Positions 1 through 9,691 of a DNA stretch of 64,000 nucleotides are shown piece by piece. The number at the start of each line of letters is the position of its first letter. Within the stretch, counting starts at the first letter, position 1. The notes beneath the pieces are model-generated. The model was not told where the DNA came from and ran no database searches. It saw only the letters and a list, made by a program, of their open reading frames with translations. Source of the DNA: an uncultured Actinomycetes bacterium. Lineage in GTDB: Bacteria > Actinomycetota > Actinomycetes > Streptosporangiales > Streptosporangiaceae. The position numbers and the translations under genes were made by a program. The DNA is taken from assembly GCA_963704995.1 (NCBI GenBank), contig CAVPIM010000018.1:238484-302483 (forward strand), given 5' to 3'.

Positions 1-173
1 ACGACCGGCGCTACTCACTGGACGACAGCGCGATCCGCGCGCTCGGCTACGCGCCGCGTACCCGGTTCGCCGACGGCCTGGCCGCGACCGTGCGCTGGTA
101 CGCCGAGCACCGAGACTGGTGGGAGCCGCTGAAGCGGTCCAGCGTGGCGATCGTCACCCCGCCGAGCGGGTGA
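1..173 (+). CDS. rfbB: dTDP-glucose 4,6-dehydratase, C-terminal fragment (gene begins upstream of the window)
   Basis: The frame starting at nt 3 is open to TGA at 171-173. The translation ..YSLDDSAIRALGYAPRTRFADGLAATVRWYAEHRDWWEPLKRS.. matches the conserved RmlB/RfbB C-terminus (W-Y...WW-PLK). It is absent from the ORF track because there is no start in the window. Confidence 0.6.
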   Translation, partial: DRRYSLDDSAIRALGYAPRTRFADGLAATVRWYAEHRDWWEPLKRSSVAIVTPPSG

Positions 174-447
174 GCGCGACGGTCACCGGATAGCGGGACC
201 AGGAAACCACGGTTCTCGGCGTACCCTGCCTCACTCTCAGAGACAACAAGGACCCCCCGGCTCCGCGCCGGCCTGCACTGTGGGACGGCCGCGCTGCCCA
301 GCGCATAGCTGCGGCGCTGATCACTAACGGGAGGGCGCCGGGGCGGTTGCGGCCTACTGGGATCCCGGCCGGGCAGGTCCGGGCGTGCTTATCTCTGCCC
401 GGCCAGGCAGCAAGGTTGCCAGACCAGGGTGGGTGAGATCCCGCCTG

Positions 448-1125
448 CTATCCGGTGGTGATGGACACCTCGTCAAGCTTGCCCTGGTACCAGTCCGATC
501 CCGGGTAGGCGCCGATTTCCAGGGCGGAGGTGTTGGTGATGGCCCCCACGTTGGCGGTCGTGGTCGCCACCACCGTGCCGTTGACCACGGTCTGGATCTG
601 CGTGCTCGTCTTTACGCACTGGATATGGTGCCATGCGCCATTGTTCAGGCCTGAGCCGCCGATAGCGTTGTGGTTGCTGGTCGTCCCCCGGAAGGTGCAC
701 TGGATCTGACCCGACTGCAGCAGTTCGATCTTGTACTCGGGAGCCGTGAACACTCCCTTGCGCACCAGGTCGAAATCACCGGACTTGGGCAGGGAGAGGG
801 TCCTCAGCCAGAAGGAGACAGTGATGTTAGCCGAACCTGGATTCAGCGAGGCGGAGTTGGGCACCTCCACGTAGGACTTCGTCTTGGACCCGCCGAAGGT
901 GTAGGACTTGCCGTACTTCCCAGCGGCCCCCAGCGTCACGTTGTGCAGGGTGCCGTTGTTACCTTGCCCCGATGCGTCGGCCATTGTCGTTCCCGACGTC
1001 TCGTCCATGTGCCACAAGGCAACCACCGCGGACGCCGATGCCACCCCACCCGGGAGCAACGCGCTACCAGCCATCACCGTTGACAAGACAGCGCCCCCTG
1101 CTACGAGGCGTGACAACCTCAACAT
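448..1125 (-). CDS. secreted LamG / concanavalin-A-like lectin-fold protein
   Basis: 225-aa ORF with an N-terminal signal peptide (MLRLSRLVAGGAVLSTVMAGSALL..ASA). The body, WHMDETSGTTMADASG..NGTL....FDLVRKG..YKIELL..WHHIQCV..WYQGKLDEVSI, is typical of Laminin_G_3-type domains. It is a paralog of the C-terminal domain of 23553-24704. Confidence 0.7.
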   Translation of the reverse strand: MLRLSRLVAGGAVLSTVMAGSALLPGGVASASAVVALWHMDETSGTTMADASGQGNNGTLHNVTLGAAGKYGKSYTFGGSKTKSYVEVPNSASLNPGSANITVSFWLRTLSLPKSGDFDLVRKGVFTAPEYKIELLQSGQIQCTFRGTTSNHNAIGGSGLNNGAWHHIQCVKTSTQIQTVVNGTVVATTTANVGAITNTSALEIGAYPGSDWYQGKLDEVSITTG

Positions 1126-1436
1126 GCAACCACCCTCCCTAGACTTGCGGCACTATGCCTGCTCCCCCACCGCCAGGCCATGAGCTCCCGGCGCTGAGGG
1201 TCCCGCATCGGGGATCCCCGCTCTGGAGGGGTAGGCCCGCTCTACGACCACGCGCCGCGGGCATGATCGCACGAGAGTGGCACAACGGCCTTTTGGGCGC
1301 AAGTTGAACACGGGAATACCACCTCAATACTCGCGTGACGGCTGGCCGCTGGTCAGCGGGGCGGGCGCCCTTTCCCCGCCGCGGGGAGCCAGGGCACGTG
1401 CCGTCACGCCCACATCCAGGAGGCCTGCCGACCTGC

Positions 1437-2880
1437 TCACTTCCTGCTGAATCGCCGGTAGGCGAGCAGCGCGCCGGCGATCACCACGGCGATAGCAGCG
1501 GCGATCGCGGCCCAGCTGAGCGCGGACGGGCCTGCGGCCGGTGCACTCAGGTGCGAGGTGTGACTGGGACTGGCGGACGGGGCTGGGCTTGGTGAGCTCG
1601 GGCTCGGGCTCGGGCTGGGACTGTGACTCGGTTTGGCCCGGTGGTGGGCGCGATGGTGGCAGGCCCCGGCCAGGCTGTCCAGATAGCAACTGTGCGCTAC
1701 GTCCCTGGCTGCCGCCAGCGCGGCGGCGCCGCTGTCTCCGGGGGCTGCCCCGGACGCGTCGTACCGCCAGTCGTAAGCGGTATCCGAGTCGAAGTACTCG
1801 ATGGCCTTGACGTTGGTGATGCTGTGCCGCAGCTCGCTCATGGCATCCGCCCACCAGGTCGCGCGGGTCGGTGCGCCACTTCCGTAGGCGCTGGCAGGCA
1901 AAATGCCCACTTCTCCAAACATGAGCGGCTTGCCGTATGCGCTGAATGTCTGATACCAGTTAAAGCCGCTGTTGCCACCACTGGTGGTGGCAAGCTGCTG
2001 GAGAGTCAGCCACTGGTTTTTCGGGTAGGCGTCAAGCCCAATCCAGTCGAACGTAAGCGCTGCCGGGATAATAGGGTACTGGATCCTGGGCCTGGTTCCC
2101 GCCAATACGTATTGGGTTCCACAGCCACTTGACATTCGCTACATGCTGGGCACGAAAGATATTGACAAAGTGGCGCCATGCGGCAATGAACACCGCAGGG
2201 TTGTTTCCGTAATGAATGTCGTTCCACTCACTTCCGGTGAAATTGAACTCCCAGAAGGGCCGGATCAAGATGTGCCCGTACGGGGAAAGCTGCGATTTTA
2301 CTGCAGCGGCGAAGCTGGCGATCTGGCTGTCATACTTGCCGGCGGCGATGCCAGGAATAATAGTGTTCGGGTTATTCCCGGTGGACCACGACAGAATGAC
2401 GAAGGGAACGTGGTCGGTCGCCAGAGACCAGTGGGGGCCGGCGAGATCGGTCCTACTCACGGACGTAGGAAGGTAATACATGTGGCCGTCGAACTTCCTG
2501 CCGAACTGGGCTTCGCGGCTGGCGAAGTCGCTGGGTGCGCTGGGTCTCGGGGCAGAGCGATCGAAAAAGTATGCCCCGGCGCCGTCTGGGGCCCAGGTGG
2601 CGGCGTTGATGGCAGGAGCCGTGCGCTCACGCGTTACAGCGGAGTGACCCCCCAGGCTGGTGCTGGCGAGGACAACCAGCAACCCCACCGCTAGTTGCCG
2701 ACGAGCAATCCGCACTCCGAAACCCCCCGCACGGTCCGGCGCTGAACGAGCGCGCGTAAAGAAAAGCCGGGCCGCCGGGCCTTCCTTAGCACGCCCTGGC
2801 GGCGGGCCCATACCGGTAGCCGCCTGCCCACCAGGTGCCGTCGGCGGCTGGCGCCGCAAGAGACTACCAGCCGAATTCAC
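1437..2880 (-). pseudogene. GH26-like glycoside hydrolase with Ser/Pro linker and C-terminal TM anchor, frameshifted near 2049
   Basis: ORFs 2032-2880 and 1437-2135 are two halves of one GH26-like domain: ..IRPFWEFNFTGSEW.. / ..YYPGSAYV|DWIGLDAYP..KPLMFGEVG.. The join needs removal of 1 nt at about 2049 (total length 1444, which is 1 mod 3). The tail is SPSPSPSPSSPSPAPSASPS followed by a hydrophobic helix and RRFSRK. The start is uncertain; GTG at 2715 gives a signal peptide. Confidence 0.65.
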
Positions 2881-3208
2881 CGGCTACCACGGACTATCCC
2901 GGCTTGCCCTGGCCCGGCTGGCCCCGGCGGCAGAGTCACCGTAGACGTGCAGCGCCGTCCCCGGCCATCAGACCCCCGGCCGCCCGGAGGGGCCGGCGGG
3001 CCGGAATTCCAAAAGTCTATTAAAACGATCGGATACATCCACTAAGGGTCTCTGACTGGAGTATTCCGTGTTCACCGGGCATGCCGCAGGAGTCTGCCTA
3101 TACTCAGGCAAACATCGCGTAAACCACCGTCGAACCTTGGGCGTCCTGTTCCCAGAAGGCCGGTGCGCGCGGGTTGGGCCGCGAGCACCGCAGCGGGGAG
3201 GGGGTCGG

Positions 3209-4699
3209 ATGACTAGTGATGCAGCCCTTCAAAGGGTGAGTGATGACGCTGCCGCGCGGAGAGGACCGGCTCCCTGGGCCGTCAGCCGGGGCGAGGACCG
3301 GGACCGCTTCCGGTGGGCTCGGTCGTATCTCTGGGCCGCCGGTGCGGCTGACGCTAGTTGCGCTCTCGCCGCCGGGCTCATCGCTCTGGAAGCCCGGTTC
3401 GCCGGCTGGCCCAGCCGGCCCCGCGAGTACCTGCTCTTCACGGCGCTGATGCCGGCCATCTGGGTGGCGTCCGTGGCGCTAGCGGGGGGTTACGACGTGC
3501 GCTTCGTCGGCCTTGGCCCCGATGAGTTCCGTAAGGTGCTGAACGTTGGTGCGAGCCTCACCGCCGGGGTCGCCATCATCTCCTTCGTAACCAAGAGCGA
3601 CATAGCTCGCGGGTACATCGTCATTGCCCTGCCTTGCGCGACCGCGCTTGATCTCCTGGCCAGGTACGGCTTGCGTAAGGGTCTGCACAGGCGCAGACGC
3701 GGCGGGGCGTGCATGCGGCGGGTGATCGCCGTTGGCCATGCTGCGCGGGTGGCCGACCTGATCGGCGAGTTGCGCAGAGAAAAGCATCACGGCCTGTCAA
3801 TTGTGGGTGCGTGCCTGACCCAGGGAACCATGCTCACCCAGATAGCCGGTATCCCGGTGATCGGGGGCATGGATTCTGTCTCCGCTGCTATCGCCGAGCT
3901 GGACGCAGATACGGTGGCTGTCGCCGCCGACCGCGACCTGACCAGAACGCGGCTTCGCGAACTCGCCTGGGAACTCGAGGCCACCGAAACCGATCTTTAC
4001 GTGGCGCCGGCCTTGCTGGACGTGGCCGGGCCCCGCACGACTATCCGCCCGGTGGCGGGCCTGCCACTGCTGCATGTGGACCATCCCGAGTTTTCCGGGA
4101 CCCGCTGGGTTATCAAGGGGCTGTTCGACAAGCTGGCCGCGGGTGCTGCATTAATGATTGCCGCTCCGTTCCTGGTGGTGATCGCGTTCGTTATCGCACT
4201 GCGCGACGGCAGGCCCGTGCTGTTCCGGCAATCGCGCGTCGGCAAGGACGGGCGCACGTTCACTCTCTACAAGTTCCGGACCATGGTGGTGGACGCGGAG
4301 CAGCGGAAGGCGCAGCTCGCCGAGCACGACGAGGGGGCCGGTGCGCTGTTCAAAATGCGCAACGATCCCCGGGTTACGCATACCGGCAGGTGGCTTCGCC
4401 GGTACTCGCTGGATGAGCTGCCCCAGCTCTTCAACGTGCTAAAGGGCGACATGTCCCTCGTCGGCCCGCGGCCTCCCTTGCAGGATGAAGTCGAGCGCTA
4501 TACCGACTACGTGCGCCGCCGGCTGGCGGTAAAGCCGGGTCTCACCGGGCTTTGGCAGATCAGTGGGCGCTCGGATCTTTCCTGGGAAGAAGCGGTCCGG
4601 CTGGACCTGCGCTATGTGGAGAACTGGTCTCTCATACTCGATATGCAGATCCTGTGGAAGAGCTGCCCGGCGGTCTTTCACGGCTCCGGCGCCTACTAG
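3209..4699 (+). CDS. polyprenyl-phosphate glycosyl-1-phosphate transferase (WbaP/CpsE-type initiating sugar transferase)
   Basis: The C-terminal bacterial sugar transferase domain reads RPVLFRQSRVGKDGRTFTLYKFRTM...LFKMRNDPRVT..G..LRRYSLDELPQLFNVLKGDMSLVGPRP...KPGLTGLWQISGRS. ATG 3209 follows ggggaggggg. The track start at 3068 (GTG) is a less likely alternative. The length matches the paralog at 21180. Confidence 0.85.
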   Translation: MTSDAALQRVSDDAAARRGPAPWAVSRGEDRDRFRWARSYLWAAGAADASCALAAGLIALEARFAGWPSRPREYLLFTALMPAIWVASVALAGGYDVRFVGLGPDEFRKVLNVGASLTAGVAIISFVTKSDIARGYIVIALPCATALDLLARYGLRKGLHRRRRGGACMRRVIAVGHAARVADLIGELRREKHHGLSIVGACLTQGTMLTQIAGIPVIGGMDSVSAAIAELDADTVAVAADRDLTRTRLRELAWELEATETDLYVAPALLDVAGPRTTIRPVAGLPLLHVDHPEFSGTRWVIKGLFDKLAAGAALMIAAPFLVVIAFVIALRDGRPVLFRQSRVGKDGRTFTLYKFRTMVVDAEQRKAQLAEHDEGAGALFKMRNDPRVTHTGRWLRRYSLDELPQLFNVLKGDMSLVGPRPPLQDEVERYTDYVRRRLAVKPGLTGLWQISGRSDLSWEEAVRLDLRYVENWSLILDMQILWKSCPAVFHGSGAY

Positions 4700-4710
4700 A
4701 AAAGGTTCTC

Positions 4711-5634
4711 ATGCTTCGCGAACCCCCTTCCTCGCTGAACGACGGCGTAAACCGTCCGGGCAGCCGGGCTTTGCTGGCGGGCCTGCCCTTCCATAGCTTC
4801 ACGGAAGAGCAGGTCGTGGAGCATATCGTCACAGCCAGCCGGGACGGCCGCGGCGGCTGGGTGGCCACCCCGAACGTCGACATCTGCCGGCAGACCCAGC
4901 ATGACGAAACGCTGCTGCGCCTGGTGTCCAGCGCCTCGCTGATCGTGCCCGATGGCATGCCGCTGATCTGGGCCGCAAGGCTGGTGCGTGACCCGTTGCC
5001 GGAGCGGGTAACCGGCGCATCGCTCATTTTTTCGCTGACCCAGGCTGCGGCCCGCCAGCAGCGCTCGATCTACCTGCTGGGCGGCGCGCCCGGAGTACCG
5101 GAGCGAGCCGGGGAGGAACTGCGGGGCCGCTACCCCGGCCTCGTGGTAGCCGGAACAGACGCTCCGCCTACCGGATTCGACGCCGACCCCCAGGCCGTCG
5201 CCGCAGTGCACGCCCGCCTGGAGGCGGCGGCGCCCGACATTGTCTACGTGGGGCTCGGATTCCCCAAGCAGGAACGCCTCATCGCGCGCCTGGCCCCGTC
5301 TTTCCCGGCCACCTGGTTCATTAGTTGTGGCGCAGCGATCCCGTTCGCGGCGAATGCGCTGCCACGGGCCCCGCAGTGGATGCAGTCCGCAGGTCTCGAA
5401 TGGACGTTCCGGCTCATCAGTGAGCCGCGCCGGCTGTACCGGCGGTATCTGCTCCAGGATCTGCCATTCGCAGTCAAGCTGCTGGCCGGATCCGCGATGG
5501 TACGGCTCCGGCCAGTCCGGGGGAGTCAGGCACATGGATCAAAGGAACCACAAATACCATCCGCTCCGGACGGAGAGCCTGGCCCCGGAAATGGGCAGGA
5601 GACCTCTCGCGGACGGATCGGCCGGGTCTTATGA
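4711..5634 (+). CDS. WecB/TagA/CpsF family glycosyltransferase (GT26)
   Basis: Motifs ..PDGMPLIWAARL.., LLGGAPGV.ERA, VGLGFPKQERLI, ..CGAAIPF.A...PRAPQWMQ..GLEWTFRL..EPRRL..RYL. ATG 4711 lies 12 nt after the upstream stop. The upstream part of track ORF 4552-5634 overlaps the preceding gene. Confidence 0.8.
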   Translation: MLREPPSSLNDGVNRPGSRALLAGLPFHSFTEEQVVEHIVTASRDGRGGWVATPNVDICRQTQHDETLLRLVSSASLIVPDGMPLIWAARLVRDPLPERVTGASLIFSLTQAAARQQRSIYLLGGAPGVPERAGEELRGRYPGLVVAGTDAPPTGFDADPQAVAAVHARLEAAAPDIVYVGLGFPKQERLIARLAPSFPATWFISCGAAIPFAANALPRAPQWMQSAGLEWTFRLISEPRRLYRRYLLQDLPFAVKLLAGSAMVRLRPVRGSQAHGSKEPQIPSAPDGEPGPGNGQETSRGRIGRVL

Positions 5635-5916
5635 GCTTCTGCTCACGCCCCCTCGTCTGCCAGCCGGGTCCCTCCCGGTATCACCGTCACCGATTGCACA
5701 GGGGCTTTCAGTCACTGACTGAACACGGCGCTCAGCCGCGCAGGTATGGCGCATCAGGCCGAGGGCCCACGGGAGCGATAGCCGCACGGCCGGTCAGGCG
5801 GGAAACCGCTCAAGGCCCAGGAATCGGACAGACGACCTGATGAAGGTAAAAAGAGGACAAGGTTTACCTAATCGCCGGAACGGCCTTCGGTCGAATGTTA
5901 CGCTGATTTCTCACCA

Positions 5917-7596
5917 ATGCAGCCGGAAGCAAGGCAACTCATGACTAACACGCAACCCACGATCGATCTGCATCAGTACTGGGACGTTTTCCGCTCCCGG
6001 AAACTTACAGTTATCATCCCTGTACTCGCAGTTATCGCGCTGGCGGCCGTGTATATTGTGATGCAGACGCCGCAATATACGGCACAGGCCAAGGTGCTCG
6101 TCAATCCATTGCTGAGCCCGGTCGCTGCGGGGACCACGGCCAAGTCGAATGCCCCGGACATGAATACCGAGCAGGCCACGGCAGCTTCCGCCCCTGTCGC
6201 GAATCTGGCCCGGATCTCGCTGAAGGCTTCAAATAGCGGGGATAGGCTGCTGAATCACCTAAGCGTTTCGGCGGCCAGTACCGGCAATGTTCTTCAATTC
6301 CAGTACACCTCAACTGACGCGCAGCAGGCCGCCCAGTATGCGAACGCGTTCGCCCAGGCTTACATCACCTACCGGAACGACAGCGTGCTGAAGCTTCTTA
6401 CCGCAGGCGTAGCGGAAAGAAAGCACACGATCGCGCTGCTGCAACAACAGCTCCAGCATTCTGGGACGGCGCAACGGGCGGTCCTGCTCTCCCAGCTTCG
6501 TGACGACGAGATCCAGCTGGCGACGTTCCAGAGCGATCAGTCACTGGTGGACGGGGGCCAGGTGATAGGGATCGCCGTGCCTCCCTCCGCGCCGTCCTCG
6601 CCCAAGATCGCCACCACCCTGATCATCGCCGCGGTGATCGGACTGCTCCTGGGCGTCATCCTGGCCCTGCTCAGGGAGGCCCAGGACCGCCGGATCAAGA
6701 GCCCGGGCGAGATGGAGAGCGCGCTTTACGCCCCTGTCCTGAGCGTCGTCCCCAAGTTCAAGGGGCGGTCCCCGGACGCGTCCCTGGTGGCGATCAGTGA
6801 GCCTCGCAGTCCCGCGAGCGAGGCCTACCAGATGGCGGCCATCGCCCTGGAAAACATGCTTCCCCACCCCGGCACGCGGATGGTGATGATCGTCTCGCCC
6901 AAGCCCGGTGGCGGGGCGTCAACCGCGACGGCGAACCTGGGCGCGATACTGGCCCAGGCCGGGCGTCAGGTCATCCTGGTCTCAGCCGACCTGCGGAACC
7001 CGACGCTGCACCTCATCCTCGGGCTTTCCAACGGGCGCGGGGTCTCTACGGCTGTGCGTGAGGGGAAGAGCGCCGAGCGACTGCTGAAAGCTACCCGCGT
7101 TCCCAACCTGTTCCTGCTGAACGCCGGCCCGGAGCCGGAAGATCCGGCGGCGCTCCTGTCCAGCCCGGAAACGGCGCAGGTCTTCCAGGATCTGCAGGCC
7201 CTGAAACCGCACTTCATCCTGGTGGACGCACCGGCCGCGCTCTCGGCGCCCGACGCGATGATCCTCTCCCGTTACGTCAACGGGACCGTTGTCACCTGGA
7301 ACTCCGAGGCCTTCCGGGCCCCCGATCTCCTCGCCGCGCGGCAGCGGCTGAGCAGGGCCGGCGCGAACATCCTGGGTGGGATCTACTCGTTCGCTTCGGG
7401 CAAGGCGAGGGAGCGCGCGAGTTCTCCCGGTGCGGAGCCGCCGCCGCCGCCCCGGGCCCCGGGCCCGCGCGAAACGCGCGCGACACCACTCAACGGCGTT
7501 GACGAGGATGCGCTTGACCCGGCCGACGCTGCGCTGCGGGAACGGTCGGCGGCCTGGTCGCCCCGGTACGGCGCGCAGGGAAGGGTGCAATCGTGA
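5917..7596 (+). CDS. polysaccharide co-polymerase (Wzz domain) fused to a degenerate BY-kinase-like P-loop domain
   Basis: The N-terminus has a Wzz-type TM plus periplasmic coiled region (IDLHQYWDVFRSRKLTVIIPVLAV..), then a second TM (IATTLIIAAVIGLLLGVILALL). The C-terminal CpsD/CapB-like domain has Walker A' (ILVSADLRNP) and Walker B (FILVDAPA). Walker A reads SPKPGGGAST, with Ala where the GK[ST] lysine is expected, and there is no C-terminal Tyr cluster. Confidence 0.75.
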   Translation: MQPEARQLMTNTQPTIDLHQYWDVFRSRKLTVIIPVLAVIALAAVYIVMQTPQYTAQAKVLVNPLLSPVAAGTTAKSNAPDMNTEQATAASAPVANLARISLKASNSGDRLLNHLSVSAASTGNVLQFQYTSTDAQQAAQYANAFAQAYITYRNDSVLKLLTAGVAERKHTIALLQQQLQHSGTAQRAVLLSQLRDDEIQLATFQSDQSLVDGGQVIGIAVPPSAPSSPKIATTLIIAAVIGLLLGVILALLREAQDRRIKSPGEMESALYAPVLSVVPKFKGRSPDASLVAISEPRSPASEAYQMAAIALENMLPHPGTRMVMIVSPKPGGGASTATANLGAILAQAGRQVILVSADLRNPTLHLILGLSNGRGVSTAVREGKSAERLLKATRVPNLFLLNAGPEPEDPAALLSSPETAQVFQDLQALKPHFILVDAPAALSAPDAMILSRYVNGTVVTWNSEAFRAPDLLAARQRLSRAGANILGGIYSFASGKARERASSPGAEPPPPPRAPGPRETRATPLNGVDEDALDPADAALRERSAAWSPRYGAQGRVQS

Positions 7597-8702
7597 TCGG
7601 AGGGTTCGGCACCTCCGGCTCGGTTCCTCCGGCCAGTGAGGCCGGCCACGCACCTGGGCCAGCAGGCGGGGCCGGCTCTGCTGGCCCGGCCAACCTAAGC
7701 GCGGCAGCCGCCCCGGCGCGGCCTCAGCCGTCGGGCGGCGCAGCCCCGTCTCAGGCCACGGTGCAGGTCCGGTACATCGGGGGCTTTGGCCGCAGCGGCA
7801 GCACCATGCTCGACCTCATGCTGGGCCAGGCGCCCGGGGTCTTCTCGGCGGGCGAGGTCCGGGAGATCTGGCAGAGCGGCCTGGTGGAAAACCGCCTGTG
7901 CGGATGTGGTCAGCCCTTCCATGACTGCTCCTTCTGGCTGGCCGTGGGGGAAGCGGGGTTCGGCGGGTGGGACCGGCTCCCTCTTCCTGAGATCCTCCGG
8001 CTGCGATACTCGCTGGACCGGCCCTGGTCATTCCCGGCGTTGCCGGTGAGCGGCATGGTGGGTGCCTTGCAGGCCCGGGTCCAGGAATACACGGGCACGC
8101 TGGAGCGCCTGTACCGGGCCATAGCCGAGGTATCCGGGGCGAAGGTGATCGTGGACTCGTCCAACCTGCCATCGCATGCGTTCCTGCTCCGGGCGATGCC
8201 CGCCATCGACCTGCGCCTGATCCACCTCGTCCGGGACGCCCGGGCCGTGGCCTGGTCGTGGCAGAAGAGGGTGGAGAAAGTGCGGTCGGGCGGTCCTTCC
8301 GAATACCTTCCTCAGTACAGCTCGGCTGGCTCGTCGCTCCGGTGGATGTACTACAACGGGCTCACCCAGTCGCTGCGGCGGCTCGGCGTTCCTTATCATC
8401 TCGTGCGGTACGAGGATCTCGTGAGCAACCCGTACCAGGTGACCGCGGACCTGCTCCGCCACGCCGGGCTCACCGGGGACGCCGCCGAACCCAGCTACAT
8501 CGAAGGTCACCGGGTCAAGCTGAAGCCAAATCACACCGTGGAGGGCAACCCGATGCGGTTTGTGACCGGCGACCTTGATCTTCGGGCTGATCAGGCATGG
8601 CAGCGCCAGATGCCGAGGCGGGAGCGGCGTGTGGTAACCGCGCTCACGCTCCCGATGCTAGGGGCGTACGGCTATCCGGTCACGGGGCCAGCCAGCTCAT
8701 GA
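7593..8702 (+). CDS. sulfotransferase family protein
   Basis: PAPS-binding motifs are present: 5'-PSB IGGFGRSGSTMLD and 3'-PB HLVRDARAVAWSW. There is also a conserved CGCG..F..C.FW block. GTG 7593 overlaps the upstream stop (GTGA). GTG 7761 is an alternative start that would remove a low-complexity N-terminus. Confidence 0.75.
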   Translation: MIGGFGTSGSVPPASEAGHAPGPAGGAGSAGPANLSAAAAPARPQPSGGAAPSQATVQVRYIGGFGRSGSTMLDLMLGQAPGVFSAGEVREIWQSGLVENRLCGCGQPFHDCSFWLAVGEAGFGGWDRLPLPEILRLRYSLDRPWSFPALPVSGMVGALQARVQEYTGTLERLYRAIAEVSGAKVIVDSSNLPSHAFLLRAMPAIDLRLIHLVRDARAVAWSWQKRVEKVRSGGPSEYLPQYSSAGSSLRWMYYNGLTQSLRRLGVPYHLVRYEDLVSNPYQVTADLLRHAGLTGDAAEPSYIEGHRVKLKPNHTVEGNPMRFVTGDLDLRADQAWQRQMPRRERRVVTALTLPMLGAYGYPVTGPASS

Positions 8703-9691
8703 GCGCAACCGGGCGTCCGACCATCCTCCTCATCGGTGGTACGGGAAGAAGCGGCAGCACACTACTTGACCGGCTACTGGGTGAGCTCCCCGGTTTCGTG
8801 GCCGTCGGGGAACTCCGCTACATCTGGAGCGAAGCCCTGGGTGAGAACCGCTACTGCGGTTGCGGTGCCCGTTTCCTTGACTGTCCCTTTTGGTCACAAG
8901 TGGGCAGCCAGGCCTTCGGCGGCTGGGATCAGGTCGACGCCAGCCAGGTCATGGCGCAGGAGCGGTCGATCGGCCGGCACCGTCACATCCCGCTGCTGGC
9001 CATGGGCCGGGCCGCCCCGGCCCGGTACACTGGGCGGCTCGATGACTACCTCCGCTCACTAGGCCCCATGTATGACGCGATCCGTGATGTGAGCGGAGCG
9101 GAGGTCATCGTCGATTCGACTAAGGACGCCGCTTATGCGCACGTCCTCCGGCGGATGCCCGGAGCCGATTTCCGGGTCGTGCATCTGGTCCGCGACAGCC
9201 GCGGGGTGGCCTGGTCCTGGGCCAAGGTTGTCCAGTCGGACCCGGAGCACTACATGCGCCGGTTTTCCCCTCCGGTGACTGCGCTGCGCTGGGTGGGCTA
9301 CAACCTGATGGTGGAATCACTCGGAAGGTTTGGTATCCCGCGGCTGTTGCTGCGCTATGAGTCCCTGGTGGAGAATCCCCAGGCCGCCCTCAGCCTGGTC
9401 GCGTCGTTCGCGGGGAAGCCGCTCGATCCCGGGTCCCTCGCCTTCTTGGACGGGAAGAGCGCATCGCTGCGCACCCACCACACAGTGGCCGGTAATCCTA
9501 TGCGGATGAGGGCGGGCCAGATCGGCCTGACCCTCGACGAAGCGTGGCGTACCAACATGCCCTTTGCGCAAAGAGCCCAGGTTACGGCGCTGACCTGGCC
9601 TCTCTTGCGCCACTACGCGCAGTCAGGCCGCAGCCGCACGGAGAACGGTGAGAACCTTCCGGCGGCGTTGGAAGGGGCGGACGGAAGATGA
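8699..9691 (+). CDS. sulfotransferase family protein (paralog of 7593-8702)
   Basis: It carries the same motifs (IGGTGRSGSTLLD; HLVRDSRGVAWSW; CGCG..FLDCPFW). The ATG at 8699 overlaps the upstream TGA (ATGA). The track ORF start at 8597 is upstream, out of the expected context. Confidence 0.8.
   Translation: MSATGRPTILLIGGTGRSGSTLLDRLLGELPGFVAVGELRYIWSEALGENRYCGCGARFLDCPFWSQVGSQAFGGWDQVDASQVMAQERSIGRHRHIPLLAMGRAAPARYTGRLDDYLRSLGPMYDAIRDVSGAEVIVDSTKDAAYAHVLRRMPGADFRVVHLVRDSRGVAWSWAKVVQSDPEHYMRRFSPPVTALRWVGYNLMVESLGRFGIPRLLLRYESLVENPQAALSLVASFAGKPLDPGSLAFLDGKSASLRTHHTVAGNPMRMRAGQIGLTLDEAWRTNMPFAQRAQVTALTWPLLRHYAQSGRSRTENGENLPAALEGADGR

Noticed and set aside
3068-3208. GTG 3068 as the start of the first WbaP-type gene (as in the track)
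   Set aside because: The extra 47 residues are Arg/Gly-rich (..HRVNHRRTLGVLFPEGRCARVGPRAPQRGGGR). ATG 3209 has a G-rich RBS and gives a length matching the paralog at 21180.
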